Source: an uncultured virus (IMG/VR IMGVR_UViG_3300025121_000046)
Taxonomy: Duplodnaviria; Heunggongvirae; Uroviricota; Caudoviricetes; Crassvirales
IMG/VR virus record: IMGVR_UViG_3300025121_000046
DNA: 64,000 bases
Direction: 5' to 3' (one strand)
Every line of letters begins with the position of its first letter. Position 1 is the first letter of the stretch. The notes beneath the pieces were generated by a model. That model was given only the letters and a program-made list of their open reading frames with translations, searched no databases and was not told the DNA's origin. The position numbers were made by a program, and so were the translations under genes. This document shows positions 1 to 15,000 of this stretch, in pieces.

Positions 1-3000
1 TCTCATAAACTCATTCCAGCCTCTTAACTGTCCTTTCTGAGTGAAAGCAGATTCTTTATCTCCAAGTGCAAGGTTTGCTGAGGCAAGCATCATCTGACCA
101 AATGCTTCAGTAAACTTAAATGCTCTGGCAAATGATACAGGTCTTGTTACTGTCTCCATTGTACGAAGCATCTCTATAGGATTATACTGCTGTGACTGGT
201 TCTGTATAATATAATTCATCCACCATTTTTTAAATGTATCATCATCGTCTTTGTCATCGAATAATGCTAAATAACCAGCATATGAAAGAGCTATCATTCC
301 AATACTGAGAATAGCATCGACAATATTCTGTTTTTGTTCTGTAGATAATGAACTCCATTTATAATCAGGACTACCAATTTTAAGAGCTGTAAGAATAACA
401 TTAATAAGTGTTCTCCATCGTCCTTCATTAGTTCTTGCAAGCCATTCATACACATCCATCTTCTCTCCTGTTACTGGATCTATACGTGATTCTTCCATCT
501 TTTTATATGTTCCAAGATCCACCTCTTCGCGTTTACTGCCAAGGGCATTTATTACAAGCCTCATGAAATATCTCTTAAACTGGACAAAAGCTTTCCCAAG
601 CACATACAGTTCCAGGTTGGCAGCTTCTTCCTTGCGATATCCCCCCTGCATTCTTTCATGTACTTTCTTTAGTTTTGCTATCTCATGACCTGTTAATTCT
701 GTTATCGGTGTATAAGATGCTGCACCACTCTTACCTGATTTTTCATATCCCCTGGTACCACCTATCCAGTAAACATCTGTTATTCCATTTTCTGTTCTTA
801 CCTCATAAGAATCCCATAATGACTTTCCTGTCTTGGGATGCTTAAGATGTTTCATCTGGGCTGTCATAGTAGTAAGTGATACATATTCTTCACCTATACT
901 ATAAAATTTATACATTGATGATTCTGATAATGCCTGGTTACGAGTAGATAAAAGAAACCTTCTGTTAGTAGCATAATCATAGTTATCAGGGATGTAATTT
1001 AATTTCCTTGCAAGCAGGAACATCTTATTCTTACGAAGATCTCCTATCATTGCATCTTTTATAAATGATCCCCAGTACACTCCATCAGCAAAAGCATTAT
1101 CCGATACTGTAAAGTCAATAGCATCGCCATCTATATGAAGGAACTTGCTTGCTATCGTACCTTTAAGTGCCTCTCTATGGGTAAGCATCTTGGCAAATAT
1201 AGCATTACCGGTACCCTGAACAGGTCTTAACCACATTATAGAAGCACTTGTCCAATGGACTAATGCTTCAAGGATCTTATCAGGAGATATATTTGCTTTG
1301 CCAAATGTTATAGGCTTGCCGGTATATTTAATTGGCTCTACCCTATTTTGAATATCAGCAATAAGCTTCTTCTCAAGAAACTTAGCAGTATTTTCAAACA
1401 TAGGTTGACCATTGGAATACTTCTGCAATTCAAGATATACTTTTAATGCTTCTCCAACTACATATACATTATCCATATACTGTTTATGTAACATTGACTT
1501 ATTGAACTGATCGAACATATATACTGCATTCTTGGTATAGTTACGGTCATTGATAACTATAGGATTATCCATGTATTTCAAAGGAAGAGACATGGTAACA
1601 TCATTATACATCTCAAACTCCTGTTCCGTGAACCATGTAAACTGTCTCTTGGCAGCTTCTTTTATTCTTTTAGCTGAAAATCGTCCAATAATATTAGCTC
1701 CCATTATATCACCATGTCCAGGAATCTTTCCAAGAATCTTTGCTCCCTCTTCATAATTTATTTCTTCATAGGTCTTCATAGTTTTTGGAAACCATCCGGG
1801 ATAATATTTCATCTTACTCTCTTCTGTCTTATTCTTATTGAATATATCGAGCCAGGAATAAGACTTACCTTTCATTACTGTAGCCTGCTGATTAAGATAA
1901 GCTTTTTCTCCAACGAACCATGAAGCAAATGTATTATTAAGAAACGTAAGAAGATCTTGCTTATTCTTATTAAGTCCTTTCCATTCCGGATCTGTTTCTG
2001 TTAATAATCTTTCTTCTTTAACTCCATTCTTTTCGAATTCTTTATACATAAATCCAAAGAGCTCTGCATAATTAACATTAGCCACCCTGCTATATCCTCC
2101 CCTGGAAATATTTAACTTTCCTTTCATATACTCTTTAAGAATAGGTTCTACAAATGTATTGAGCCTGAGAAGATCCATTTCATGTTTCTGGGTATATGCA
2201 TTCCATCTCTCATTACGTATTTTTACCCAAGGCTGGAATATTCCCATGTTAACATCAGAATAGTTACCTATCCATTGTGTTGCCCATCCAATATCTCCCT
2301 GTGGATATACATCGAGCTGCAGGGAAGGATCAGATTTTATATGCGCTATCTCTCTATAGAGCTGTGCAAGCCTTTTCTTTTCCCATTCCGGAAGCTCATC
2401 AACACGTATCTTCCTGTCAGTTACAAACTTTCCAAGTATTATCTGGATCTCATTTACTCTTCTTCTATATTCTTCTTCAGGGCGAAAAGGTGAATCTTTA
2501 AGGTTCTCGAATAATTCATCACCTGCCTTATCGGTATATTCTCCTACATTAAATATCTTAGGACTCTTTTCAAGAATCTTCTTCATAACATTAGGATCAA
2601 TACCAGCATCTTTAAGAGCCTGTTTGTCATTAAGGAACATCTTTATCATACTCAGGTATGATGATACTTCAACAAACCTGTCCATGTCTTCTCTTTCAGC
2701 AACAAATCTTCCCGGGACCCATACTGTCATAAGATCCCTGAATTTCATATCAGGAAACTCAAGCTTGTAAAGGAATGCATACCACATAACCTGAAGCTTT
2801 GCTCTCTCTCTCTGATTGTCTGAAATATATATATCCTGAATACCATATTTCATTGCTTCAGCGTTGAATCTCTTACCAAAATTCTGACCGGTCTTCCAGT
2901 CTATAATACTAACTTTACCATCTGAATGGAATATCATAGAGTCTGTCGTACCGCCTATACCAAGGAGCTCACTATATATTGATTGTTCAGGTAAAGCTAT

Positions 3001-6000
3001 TATATCTCTCAAAGCATCAGGGAACCTACCAGGATCTTTAAGTATGTTCACTCCTGCCTGACTTAATATACGGTCCTGTATGCCTTTATCTTCAAGCCAG
3101 GAGTAATGTTCCGGCCTGGTTGACCCTTCACTCATGGATGCAATATCATTCATCTTCTTGAGTATATCTGTTTCATTATACCCGAGATTGAATATCTTAT
3201 TAAACATCTTCTTGAAATAAAGGTGCATGATATTACCTTTTATCATACCCTGCATAAAGTCTTTCTCTCTTCTCTCTTTGTATTGGTCATAGTTCTGCTC
3301 AATACCATCAATAGTAAATTTATGATCATGAGGCACTGTTCCCCAGCGAAGATCTGCCATATGCTGGCCAAAAGATACATTAGGATCAATTTTTGTATTG
3401 CTGAACCATGACATTGCACCGCCTACATTATCAGTGATCCTTCTTATCTTACGTGTAATACCATTAACAGAATATGTTGAAAGCTCTCTTCCTGTAGCAT
3501 CAGTATCTACTTTTACCCTGGATGATATCTCCTGAATCTTCTTAGCACGCTCCAATACAGCCTTTCTGACCTCATCCACGTTCGTTGCTACTACCGATTC
3601 CACTTCTACCTCAAAAGGCATAGAAACCTTACTATATGCCTTTCCAGAGGCACTACGGAATATCTCTCCTTCTTTAGTAAATGATGGAGTATAAGGACTA
3701 TGAAGTATTATCTGCAAGAAATCATATGACAAATCCTTTCCTATATTAAAGAATTCAAGTATCTTGTCTATAATCTTTCTCAGTAATGACTTCTCTTCTC
3801 CTTCTCTTTTGACCCGGTTCATTATCCTGGCAAACTCATCATTAGATAACAGTTCAGCTATAAATTCTTCTTTTGTCCTTAATCCCATAAATAACATAAG
3901 ATCCTTTGTTGATGTATCAGGATCATAACCGTTATCAACAAGATACTCCTGTATTGCAATTTTAGCATGAGGAAGCGATATTAGATTGCCTGTCTTGCTA
4001 TCTATGCTAAAGTGTTCATTTATAAGAGCCATTATATCTTCACTAAATTTAGCATCTTCAAGCAAACCAAGTACCGATAATCCATGAACTATCTCATGAA
4101 AGAGAATCCTGTCTATCTTATCAATGTCAAGCCGACCATCATCTTCATAAAGGTTAACAAGATCAAGAGTTATATTACCATCATAATCCCATTCTCCATA
4201 TTTACCTACTTTAATAAGATCACCAACACGTATCTTAAGATCCTGTTGTAATATTCTTTTCTTAAGAGTTGTTAATAACTTGCTTCTGCGTGAACTCTTA
4301 CTACGCTTTATCATACTGTCAATAAGAGATTCCATGTTCTTCTCTGAGGAATAAATCTTTGTTGCACCTGCTACTGCTTCTTCCAGTTTATTGTCTTCAA
4401 CGGTATTCTCAATGATAAGATTATTATTGTTCTCTATTACAGCACTTTTTTCAAATGGAATATTGTTTATCTTATAAAACTGCTCTCTTCTTTCCTGGTC
4501 TCCTCTGGCAAAGAATCTCATCAATTCGTCTCTGTCAAGATACATTTCGACACCATCCTGCCATTGTCTTTCTCTCCAAACACGATAACCACCATATTGA
4601 TCAGCATTCATCTTATTCTTAAAAGTACGAGCCTCAGCTAACTGATGTTTAGCATAAAGAATCCTTCCACGACCTTTATTATCAGCCCTGAATGGAGTAC
4701 CTTTTTTAAACACTTGTTTTTTAACATCTTCAATTATACTATCAGCTGTTGATAATATCCTTTCATAATGCATTGAAGCATTAATAAGTTCTACCGGTTC
4801 AACGATATATGTATTGTCTCTTTTGCTTATAACTCTCTTGTATTGCTTTTCTGTCCTGGTAACATCATGATGTAATGTAAAGCTTACAATATCCCCTTCA
4901 TTAACATCGCTACCATTATAGGTGAATGTAGGTTGATTGATATCACTTACAGCGATATTAAGTGTTGGCTGGCCAGTCTTGAGATCTGACTGAAAATAAT
5001 CTTTAGAATCATAACCACCCTTTAATACTACATCAGAAGTATTATAATATTTGAATGGAGATACCATATCGATCCTTTGATAGTATACTGTATCGGCATC
5101 AGCATCATTCATCCTCATATAAACAGTTCTGCGGTTTTCGTATTTAGTTATTATAAACCTCTTGAAATGTTTCTTATCCGGATTATCATATGACCTGTCA
5201 TAAAAGAATCTTGATGTCAATCCACCATAATAAGATCTTGTCTTGCCATATTCATTTACATATGTTCCTGTTTGTATTGGAGATCCTTCTTTAAAATACA
5301 CATCCTGCATCAGGTTCCCATTATTAACCATGAATTGAATAAGGAAATCATCTTCTACATTCTTCCAGTTTTCTTCACTGTCATCTTCAATAAACTTATC
5401 CATAAGACTATTAAAAAGTATATCAGCCTTGAGGTACATATCTTCGGGGAGGATAATACTATAATTACTCGCACCAAAACGAAGACCCCAGTTCATTATA
5501 CCATGGCTTACAAATTCTTTCTGGAACTCTGAGTAATCATTATCTGCCATTTGGTCTGTTGACTCGGTAACAATATAACTACCTGTCTCTTTATCATATT
5601 CAACCTCATATTTATTAAGCTCAATGAATGCTTTCTTAAGATCAAGTATATCCATAGGATCCATTGATGGACCACCATTGAATACCAGATCATAAGTATA
5701 AGTGAGATGATTATATTTATCATGAAGATGACTTAGGAACATATTTGTTATGGGGAATCCTTCAGCATCTGTTTTCTTTGCAAGGTAGTTCTTAAGGGCC
5801 CTGATCTTCTTTATGAATATCTGGTTCATGGCCTTTGGTCCTGTAAGATACCTGGTCTCCTTACCATACTTATACTCAAATGTAATATCCTTATCAAGCT
5901 TATACTCTCCTGAATAGATCTCATTAGATAATAGATAGGTTATAAACTCATTACGGATATGTTCCCGGGCCTCATCTTTTTTAAGTGTCATACCGTCAAT

Positions 6001-9000
6001 AGTACCATAGATAGTATCGACAATCTTTTCAAAGCGTGGATGGTATTTCTTAACTGAATTTCTTATTACATCTGCATATTTCTTAACTGAATTAAATGCC
6101 TGCAGTATATGAGGATTATGAATAAAGAACTCACTTATATCAAATGGAAATGAAGTGTTGTCAAATGAACTAAGATTACCATATATGTCTATGTCTCCAA
6201 ACAGAGTCTTTGCATCACTGATTATCTTATCTATCTCCCACATCTGGTTAGGTATTGCCCTGGCAAGTTTAAGCCAGATAGCAAATTTACTTATTGCATC
6301 ACCTATTTCGTTCATCCTCTTGAACTCATCAAGGATACGAGCCTGAAAAACAAGATTATTATAGTCAGTGTAGTTTATTGTGCCATCATCATTTGTTGCA
6401 TTATTCATATCTGTTATCCTTGCTCCACTATGAATGCCTGCATTAAGATTATCCTGGCTTATCAGGACCTGTCCTGTATCTTGGTTGGCGCTGTTACCAA
6501 GCTTCTGCTGGATCATAGCATGTACATCCTTATAATTGCCTTTTCTGGCATATTCAAGGATGGAGGGTTGCTGAAGGATATCATCAACAACTCTTAATGG
6601 TACTCCCAGAGCCCGAAGAGTAATAAACCCTTTTATTGTCTTACGATTTATATTAAGTACTGGCAAAGCAAGTTCCCGGATATTATCTATTGAAGCATTT
6701 ATAAATCCGTCAATAGAAGTAAATAATGCCTGATCTGTCTCATCAAATACACTAAGAGTATCATATATCCTGTCCTTACCATCTTTATCTGTAAATATGA
6801 ATGCATTATCTTCTTTACGAAGTTTAGGCATCTGTCTGTTTTTTCCGGTACGGATCATATAGGCAAGAGCCTTGGCTGCATTACCAAAGATACCCGTGGC
6901 AGCTGAGGCACCAAAGATAGTCTCATGAGCCGTTATCTGATCATTGTAATTAGACAAGTCATTATGAGGTACTATCTTTCTCATGTTAATAACTCTCTTC
7001 TTTTCTTCTTTTATCTCCGATAATGGAATAGGAGATAGCATGTTAAAGACATTATCCTTACTACTCAACATATTAAGAAGCTCATGAATAACACCATTCT
7101 TATGATACTTTTCAAGATCATTGATATCAATAAGATTTTCTTCGTTTTCATTATAATACCACTTCCCTTTCTTCTCTGTATATCCTACAAGCTTCTTATG
7201 TTTGTCTGTCTCACGCTTTATTACAAATAATGAGTCAACGTCAAAGTCAGAACCATGAAGAGCCACAAGAAGATCAGGAGCTATTATCACGTTAGTCCCT
7301 GGAGTATCATAGAACCCAACAACCTTAATTGCAATACCACTATGTATATCAGAAGAAGGGATACGGAAGCCAAGAAGATCCGGAAGATCAAAATAATCTC
7401 TTGCTTTCTCTCCATTAGCTATTGCAAACTCAATCTGCTTCTCATATTCTTTTGGTAACAGACCTCGTGGTACTATTACTTCTGCTACAAGTCTGCCATC
7501 ATTAGTACGATAATACCTTAGCTTACCTGAAGGACCAGCAGAAACACTCTGATTAAACTTACGTACTCCATATTCACTCTGAAGAACGAGTTTCGTACCT
7601 GAGAATTCTATATCGACAAGATTACGTTCAAGATATGAAGCAAGTTGTATAATAACTTTATCGATGATAGCAGGAAAGTCTATACTTATATCTGTACTCA
7701 ATATGTCATAAGCTCTTTCATTGCCTGCGCCTTCCAAAAGATTAAGGATATTTCCCTTGATACTTTTCTTATTAAAGAACTTACTAAAGAACCTGTCTGA
7801 TCCTATCCTTTCCAGTTCAGCCATATGATGATAGATCCTATCGGCTACATCCTGATTATTGGCAAGCACCCTGGCAAGATATATAAGCTGTGATGGTTGA
7901 CGTACCTTACTCTCGATCTTAGCTTTTGGATCCAGCTGTATACGGTAATGATCATTCTCGACTTCAAATGTCATTTGTTTAACCAGTTCCGGATCCTGAA
8001 CATATCCTTCGGTAAGCATATCAGAAAACGATGCTGTAACTTCTGGAATACCAACTTTTACGCCTGATCCAAATACTGCTTCAAGAGAACCAGATCTGCG
8101 GATATTATCGCGAAGGATGCCAAGAGAAGGAAATTCCTTAATAAGCTCATCACTCAATACGATAGAACTATATTTTATTGCTCTTACAGTACCATCCTTG
8201 CCTATTGAATAAACGACAGGCTTTAATATCTTACCAAGTGAAAACTCTGATCCAAAACCTATGTTCTTAAGTTGTTCAAATCGTTCCGGAAGCATGAATC
8301 CCTGGCCATCACCAATAGCAAAGTTATCCTTGAATGCCTTCATCAACATTGGAAGCTTCGGTAGTTCATCTTTTGTAAGAATATTCTCAAGAAGAGTCTG
8401 TATATCTCCTGTCTCTTTATATTGATCACCTATGATCAGGAACTTAACTCTTTCAGGAAGCCCGAATACTTTATTAACAATAGGTTTCATACCAGGTGCT
8501 GTAGCAAGAGAAAACCTCCTCATCACATCTTCTTCATTCAAAAACTGATTATTATCACCAAGGATCATCTGATTAAGAAAATATGAATTAATATAGTTAT
8601 TTGCTACATAAGAATATACAAATGGAAATATAAGATCCCTGTCAATAAGATATTCACCGGTTGTATTATTGACGGAACGAAGTTTCTTTTTACCTCTCAG
8701 GTTTGAATTGATAAATCCATCCATCGAAACATCTTCTCCAAGAATTCTTTTAACATTCTTCATAGAGAACATATCGGAATCAAATGGGACCTTATTTTCT
8801 ATAATGGTATCTGCTGCCTTTTCTGCTTCACGTTTTAATAAATCCATGACCTTATCGGAATACTTTGTAATCTCTTCTTCCGATAGTGGTTTTTTAACTA
8901 TGTCGCGTTTACCGATTACCTCCTGTAATAATCTGAGATTAATAAACTTACTTTTATTATTTTCTTTTATACCTGAAAGCTGTGGAGAACTGTTTATCTG

Positions 9001-12000
9001 TCTTATTGCATCTTCTATTGAAGTTCGGACTTGTGCAATAGTAAGTACATTGATCTTTGCCCCGAGAACATTATTCCTTTCATTGGGATATAGTGCCTGG
9101 AAGTATTTCTCTCTTCCTTCACTTGAATATCTTATCCTGTCAATGAATCCTGCAACAAAAGTCCTTACTATAAAATCCTGTGTACTCTCATCTTTTTGTT
9201 TTATCCCAAATAGATTTTCATTGAATCCTATATTCCGTATGCCATCATGATCAAATACTGAGAAGATCTTATTCTTCCCGGTCAAGAATATATTATGCTT
9301 AAAATAATCAGACCTGAGATGATTTGGAATAGACAGAGATATGCTCCCGCCTTTTAATTCTCTTGTATTAATAAGACTAAATAATACATTATGAGCAAAT
9401 GAAGATGGCGACCACATGTATTTACGTTTCTTTGCAACATCCCTGACATTAGTTGCCCTTAGATTAGCATTACTATACATCATAAGCCTGGATAATCCCC
9501 TTAATAGATTACCGCTCTCTGCGAGTATGTCTTCTGTAGTATAGTAAAGATCCGCTGCTTCTTCTCCTGATTCGATAGCATCCTGAGTAATTGTCTCTTT
9601 TGCTTTTCCTATAAGTACAGAAATCCTTGATATGAATCCTTCAAGATCATTATATATAGCAGTAACATCTGATTCTACATTCTGAATGTTATTAGCAAGC
9701 AGTCCCATTCCCATCTTCTTAAGGAATGATCTTATAAGTTCAAGTCGATTATCTTTAAATTCATTTTTATTAGGAGCCCACCAACCTTTAACGAATTTAT
9801 CAACAGAATCCTTATCAGGTAATGAATCAACGATATTCTCTTTTAACTGACTTTCTATTCCAAGATGAGGACCAAAATATGAACCGGGAATATAAGATAT
9901 AGCATATGTACCTGCTCCTTCCCATTTCTTTTCTACAAGAAATAGATTTTTTTGCTTCTGGTTATTAAAGAGATTGATGATACTCCGATAAGTATTTACA
10001 TTCATATATTTCTCAAAATGTCCCTTTATATCATCAATATTAAGATCATATGTTGATGATAAACGAATAATATACTCCCGGGTACTTTCATTATCTGCCC
10101 TTGCAATAGTATTAGAGCCTATGATAGATGCTCCTGCAGGCCCGGCAACATCACTTACATCTTTATTCTCTGAGAATGCAAACAGGTTCTCATTAATAAA
10201 ACGCATCGTATTTGGAAGATTGGTTCCATCTTTACCATAATTGATTCTACGCGCATCATTATTAAGATTCTTTATATACTCGACTATTGCATATGATCGT
10301 GGTTCTTTACCATTATTTCTCCATTGTTCTTCAACCTGTTTTATAAACTCACTATTTTCTGGCTGTAAACCTTCAAAGAGTTGCAATGTCCTGATATATG
10401 CTTCTCTCCACCCCATATACTTACCGGTAGCAAGTTTAATATTGGAAAGGAAATCTTTTACAACTGCTGACATCTTTGCTTCCTGGTTAAAATCATCAGA
10501 CTCCATGATATGTTCCTTCATGTTAACCCTGTCAACAATCTTGTCATAATATTCTTTTATTTCCTCTGTAGATATGGTTGTATCAACGGTTATCTCTCCT
10601 GCAGAACTGAAGTCCCAATTTTGATATATATCATTGACAAGAAGATTGTAGTTGTCAATTACTGTCTTGTAATATCCGGCTTCTTTTCCATTCTCTGCTA
10701 TCTCATTAAGAGAAGTTTTTGCTTTCTTAAGTCTCTTCCCTTCTTTTAATAATATTATATAATCCTGTGTTATTACATCTTTTGCAATATCAAACATCTC
10801 TCTTCTGGTTACAGGGAAACCATCAAATCCAAGTGCATGAATCCTTAAAAACTCATCCTGTATTATTGCCCTGGCATTACGATATACATCAATGGCATGT
10901 GAAAAACTACCAGTATCCTGTCCGTAAAGAGAAATAATATTACGCATAGACCGGGTAATACCAATGCCAGTATATTTACTCTTTGTGAAATAACCTCCTT
11001 CAATAGTCTCAAAGAACCTATCAAGACTATTCATGTTCATATTAATAAACCCAAGATTCTTAGCGAGCCAGTTGAAGAATCTCTTTAGTATGTTATCAAC
11101 AGTTGTAAGTTTCTTTTGTTGATAATCCTGAAACTTCTCGGCAAGTAATTCCTCTATCTCATCCACTGATCTGTCAGCATACTCTTTAAATTGATTCCTG
11201 AAGGCATTAACGATCATATTACGTTCTCTCTGGCTGAGATGTTCATTGAAGATCTTATGGAACGTCTCATGCCTTATTATCTTCTTAAATGTCATGCCAC
11301 CGCGTTCCATTGCCCAGATAACTTCATCCCGGTATAAACCATAAAGACTTCTTCCATCTTCCATCCCGGATAAAGTCATCTCATCAACAAAATACAATAC
11401 TTCTTTTCCCTCTTTTGATATGTTAGGGATGAATTTCTCAAGTAGTTTACGAGCTTCTTCCTGAGTTATTGCTTCACCAGGATCCTGTCCCACGTTAAGC
11501 ATATTCCGGGTCCTTCTTCTATTTACTATTTTATCCTGAACGCTATTAACAGCTTTGTCTATTTTAGCTCCTATAGTCTTTGGTTCATCTTTAGCTGTCT
11601 CTGGTTTCTTATCCAGATCTATTTGTATTTGTGTACGGTTTATTGATGATAGTTTACTTGCCAGAAGATCCTCGAGCTGAACTATGTTCCTATTAATATC
11701 TTTCCCAAGTTCATTGATCCCCTGTGGTCCATTCATCATAAGGGGTAGGTTCAAAGATGTGTGATTACCATCCTGATCGAATGTTAGTATCTGATGTAAT
11801 TGTTCTGAGGTAACAAGCGCTACCTCATGTTCCTTCCTGAGTTCATCAAACTCCTGTTTACTTATTCCTTCAACCAATGTTTGCTGATTGTCTTTTATTT
11901 GTAACAAAAGTGTTTCAAGCCTGGTTATATTTTCTTCATCGGTAAAGCTTTTTGTCTCATCAAGAAATTCGGTTACATCTCTGGCACCGCGACCTATTGA

Positions 12001-15000
12001 TATCTGTTCTCTTGCCATCTCCTTATAGATTTTAAGAAGATGTTCATAATAATTGGTTGATGAATTATGTTCACTCAAGAGATGTTTTGCCTGTGTTATA
12101 TATTTAACCGATGGCTTGCCATCTGTATATGTTGTTATCCTTTTCTTAATGACCCAGGGATTATCACTATTAGCCTTAGCGAGTATATTAAGAGCTATCT
12201 GTGCTGTTCCCTTACCTGCAATAAGTTTATTCTGGTCAGTTACATATTCAACAATATCTGATTTGTTATCCTTACGAAGAATATACCCGCCTTGTTTCTT
12301 TGGATGCTTTTTAAACTCATATGTATAATCAGGATTAGTAAGTTCCGTTGGACCAAGATACTGTTCCATCTCTTCCTGGCTCTTAACTTCTACCCTCTGT
12401 TCTCCTGGTCCATAGAATCCCGGGATGATAGTAGCTGATAATTCAGCAATCTTATTGAACTGTTCTTCTGTTACATTTGGAAATCCTCTTTCTTCAAACT
12501 CATCCTGGTAATCTTTATATTTATAGTTACCATCTTTAATACTCTGTATCTCTCCATCAGCATTGACCTCAAAATTCTTATAGAACCTTTTAAGAAATTC
12601 ATTTACTCCTGGCTCAGAAAGTCTTCCTATTCCCAAAGCCTCAAAAGTATCTATAGCAGAAGTAAAATCAGATAACTTCTGCATAAGATTATCACTATTA
12701 CGTATCTTCCTTGCAGTAAGTCTTATGAACTGTTCTTTACGTGTGTGCTCTTCTCCATCCTTAGTTGTTTTACGCTGAATAATAAGATATGGGACACCCG
12801 GGAATAACTTCTTATCTTTTATACTAAACATCTCGATAGTGAAAGCAAGAGTCTCTTTTAATGGTGAAGAAAAGATGCTCTCCGCTTTTGCAAGTAACCT
12901 CTTAAGAAATCCAGTTCCCTGATCCTGAATTGTATCTGAATAAGTATAGGATAACTGTTCTGCTTTTCTTATTGTTCCTTCTGCAAGTATTGTAGGACCA
13001 GTTTCAAGTTTAAGAGTTCCCTCTATTCCTGCAGATAAACTATTTGATACATTGCCGGCAGCTTCACTCCTGGATAACAGATCAAGACCAAAATCATCTT
13101 CAAGAAGCTCAGCCTGACCCATGATGCCAATCTGTTCCCACTTTCCATTACCTGTTGGACCTGGAAGAGGAGAACCATCTATATTGATCTGCTGTGCCAC
13201 TATCCATATCTGGTAATCCTTAATATCGGGATTGTAAACCCTTATATATTTTACCTTGGATCCACTTCTTATATATGGTGTACTGTCTGATTTATTATCC
13301 CTGCTCTTGATAGGATAATATGAAGGAAACCTGACAGATCTTGTATTACCATCAGAAAGATCAAGAAGAAACTCACCTCCGGTAGATGGTATATTATCAA
13401 TACTCATCTCTTCATCTTCTGCGGGAGAATCTTTAATATCAGAGAATGGCACCTGTTCTTCAGTTTCTCCTGTTGCTTTTAATGCCTGCGCAGGTGCAAC
13501 CCCGGCGCCTTTTATTGTCATACCATGAATTCTTGCTTCAAACTCAAGTCTGTTTGCAAATGCATTACGTATATCAATATCCCTTTGTTTATTATCTTCT
13601 GGAACAATATCATGTACACGGAATCTCCATGCCCCAGGATCCTTTTCATAACTCTTGATGAAGATATAATCCTTTGACCGGGATAAGGCTGTGTACATAC
13701 CTTCATTAAACTTACGCTGCGCTGCCTTGAGATATGTATCAAAATCTTTTGGATCCATATCGACATATACTTCATCATACTGAAGACCTGCTACAGCATC
13801 ATACTGCATTATATCAACACCAAGACCTTCATAGAACTTAGCATCCTGCTCATTACTGACTACTATAACCCTGCTCCTTTGATTTGCTTTCTGATGTATT
13901 GCTATCTGTCTTTTAAGATCTGCCTTGCTGCCTGATATGTGAACTCCATTAGCAGGATTGCCAAGATCGGCATCAGCAACACCAAGGATTGTATTTACCT
14001 TTGATGGCACACCAAGGAACCTGTTCTGGATACTTATTATTGCTGAATTGCCGGACCGGAATACTGCAGTAAGAGGATTAAGATGACGTACATTGATCAT
14101 ATCACCATAGAAATTATTGATAGCAGGGAAATCCACGTTCCTGTTTGATGACTGTGAAGGATCTCCAAATACATATACTCTTAATGGTTTCTTTCTTGTC
14201 TCATTTGCCTTAGTTACATTTTCTGCTATCATATCAAGCTGTGAAGCATCAAGCCTGGCTACTTCATCAATAAGAAGAATATTGAATTTATCATCCTTTA
14301 GCAGCTGATAATCAAATGTATCTACAAGTCCGGTATTGGTTACTCCTTCAAGACTTTTCTTTAATACACCAAGAGCATTCTCATGAGTGCTCAGACCAAT
14401 TACTGATTCTGGTTTAAAGCCCATCATCCTGGATAACCACTTCGCAAATATTGTTGTCTTACCTGATCCAGCCAATCCCTTCAGATAATACCATCCTTTA
14501 TACTCCTGCTTAGACTGTGTTTTTGTTAAAGAGATATTAAGTTCACGTATAGCTTCACGAAGAGCTATATCCTGTTGATTACTCGGGATCTTATCTTCAG
14601 TATTCAATAGAGAATTCTCTACTTCTATTATCTCTTCAATCTTGATTTTACTTTCAAGCATCCTGGTTAACTTGTCAAGGGCAAGAAGAGATATATGTGT
14701 CTCAAGAAGCTCGAGTAGTTTCTTCTTATCTACATTATAAACAACAGGAGCGCCTTCTTTCAGTGCTGTATGTAGTTTGATTGCATCCTTATCAATAAAG
14801 AAGTCATCAATGGCATTTGCCTTGGTTATATTAAGATTAGGATCAAACTTATTAACAATGATCTCAAGTATGTCATTGAATGCACTGTCAGGATACTTCT
14901 TATATTGCTCAAGAGTAGTCAGTGAATATAACTTAACCATATCCATTACATGCTGAGCAAATGTCTCTATCCTGCTATTAATTATCTCGGTAGTTTTCTT

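Noticed and set aside
2802..2813. (CT)6 tract in the giant ORF as a phase-variation site
   Set aside because: Short, in frame (QRERA), and inside a probably essential gene; no evidence of slippage.
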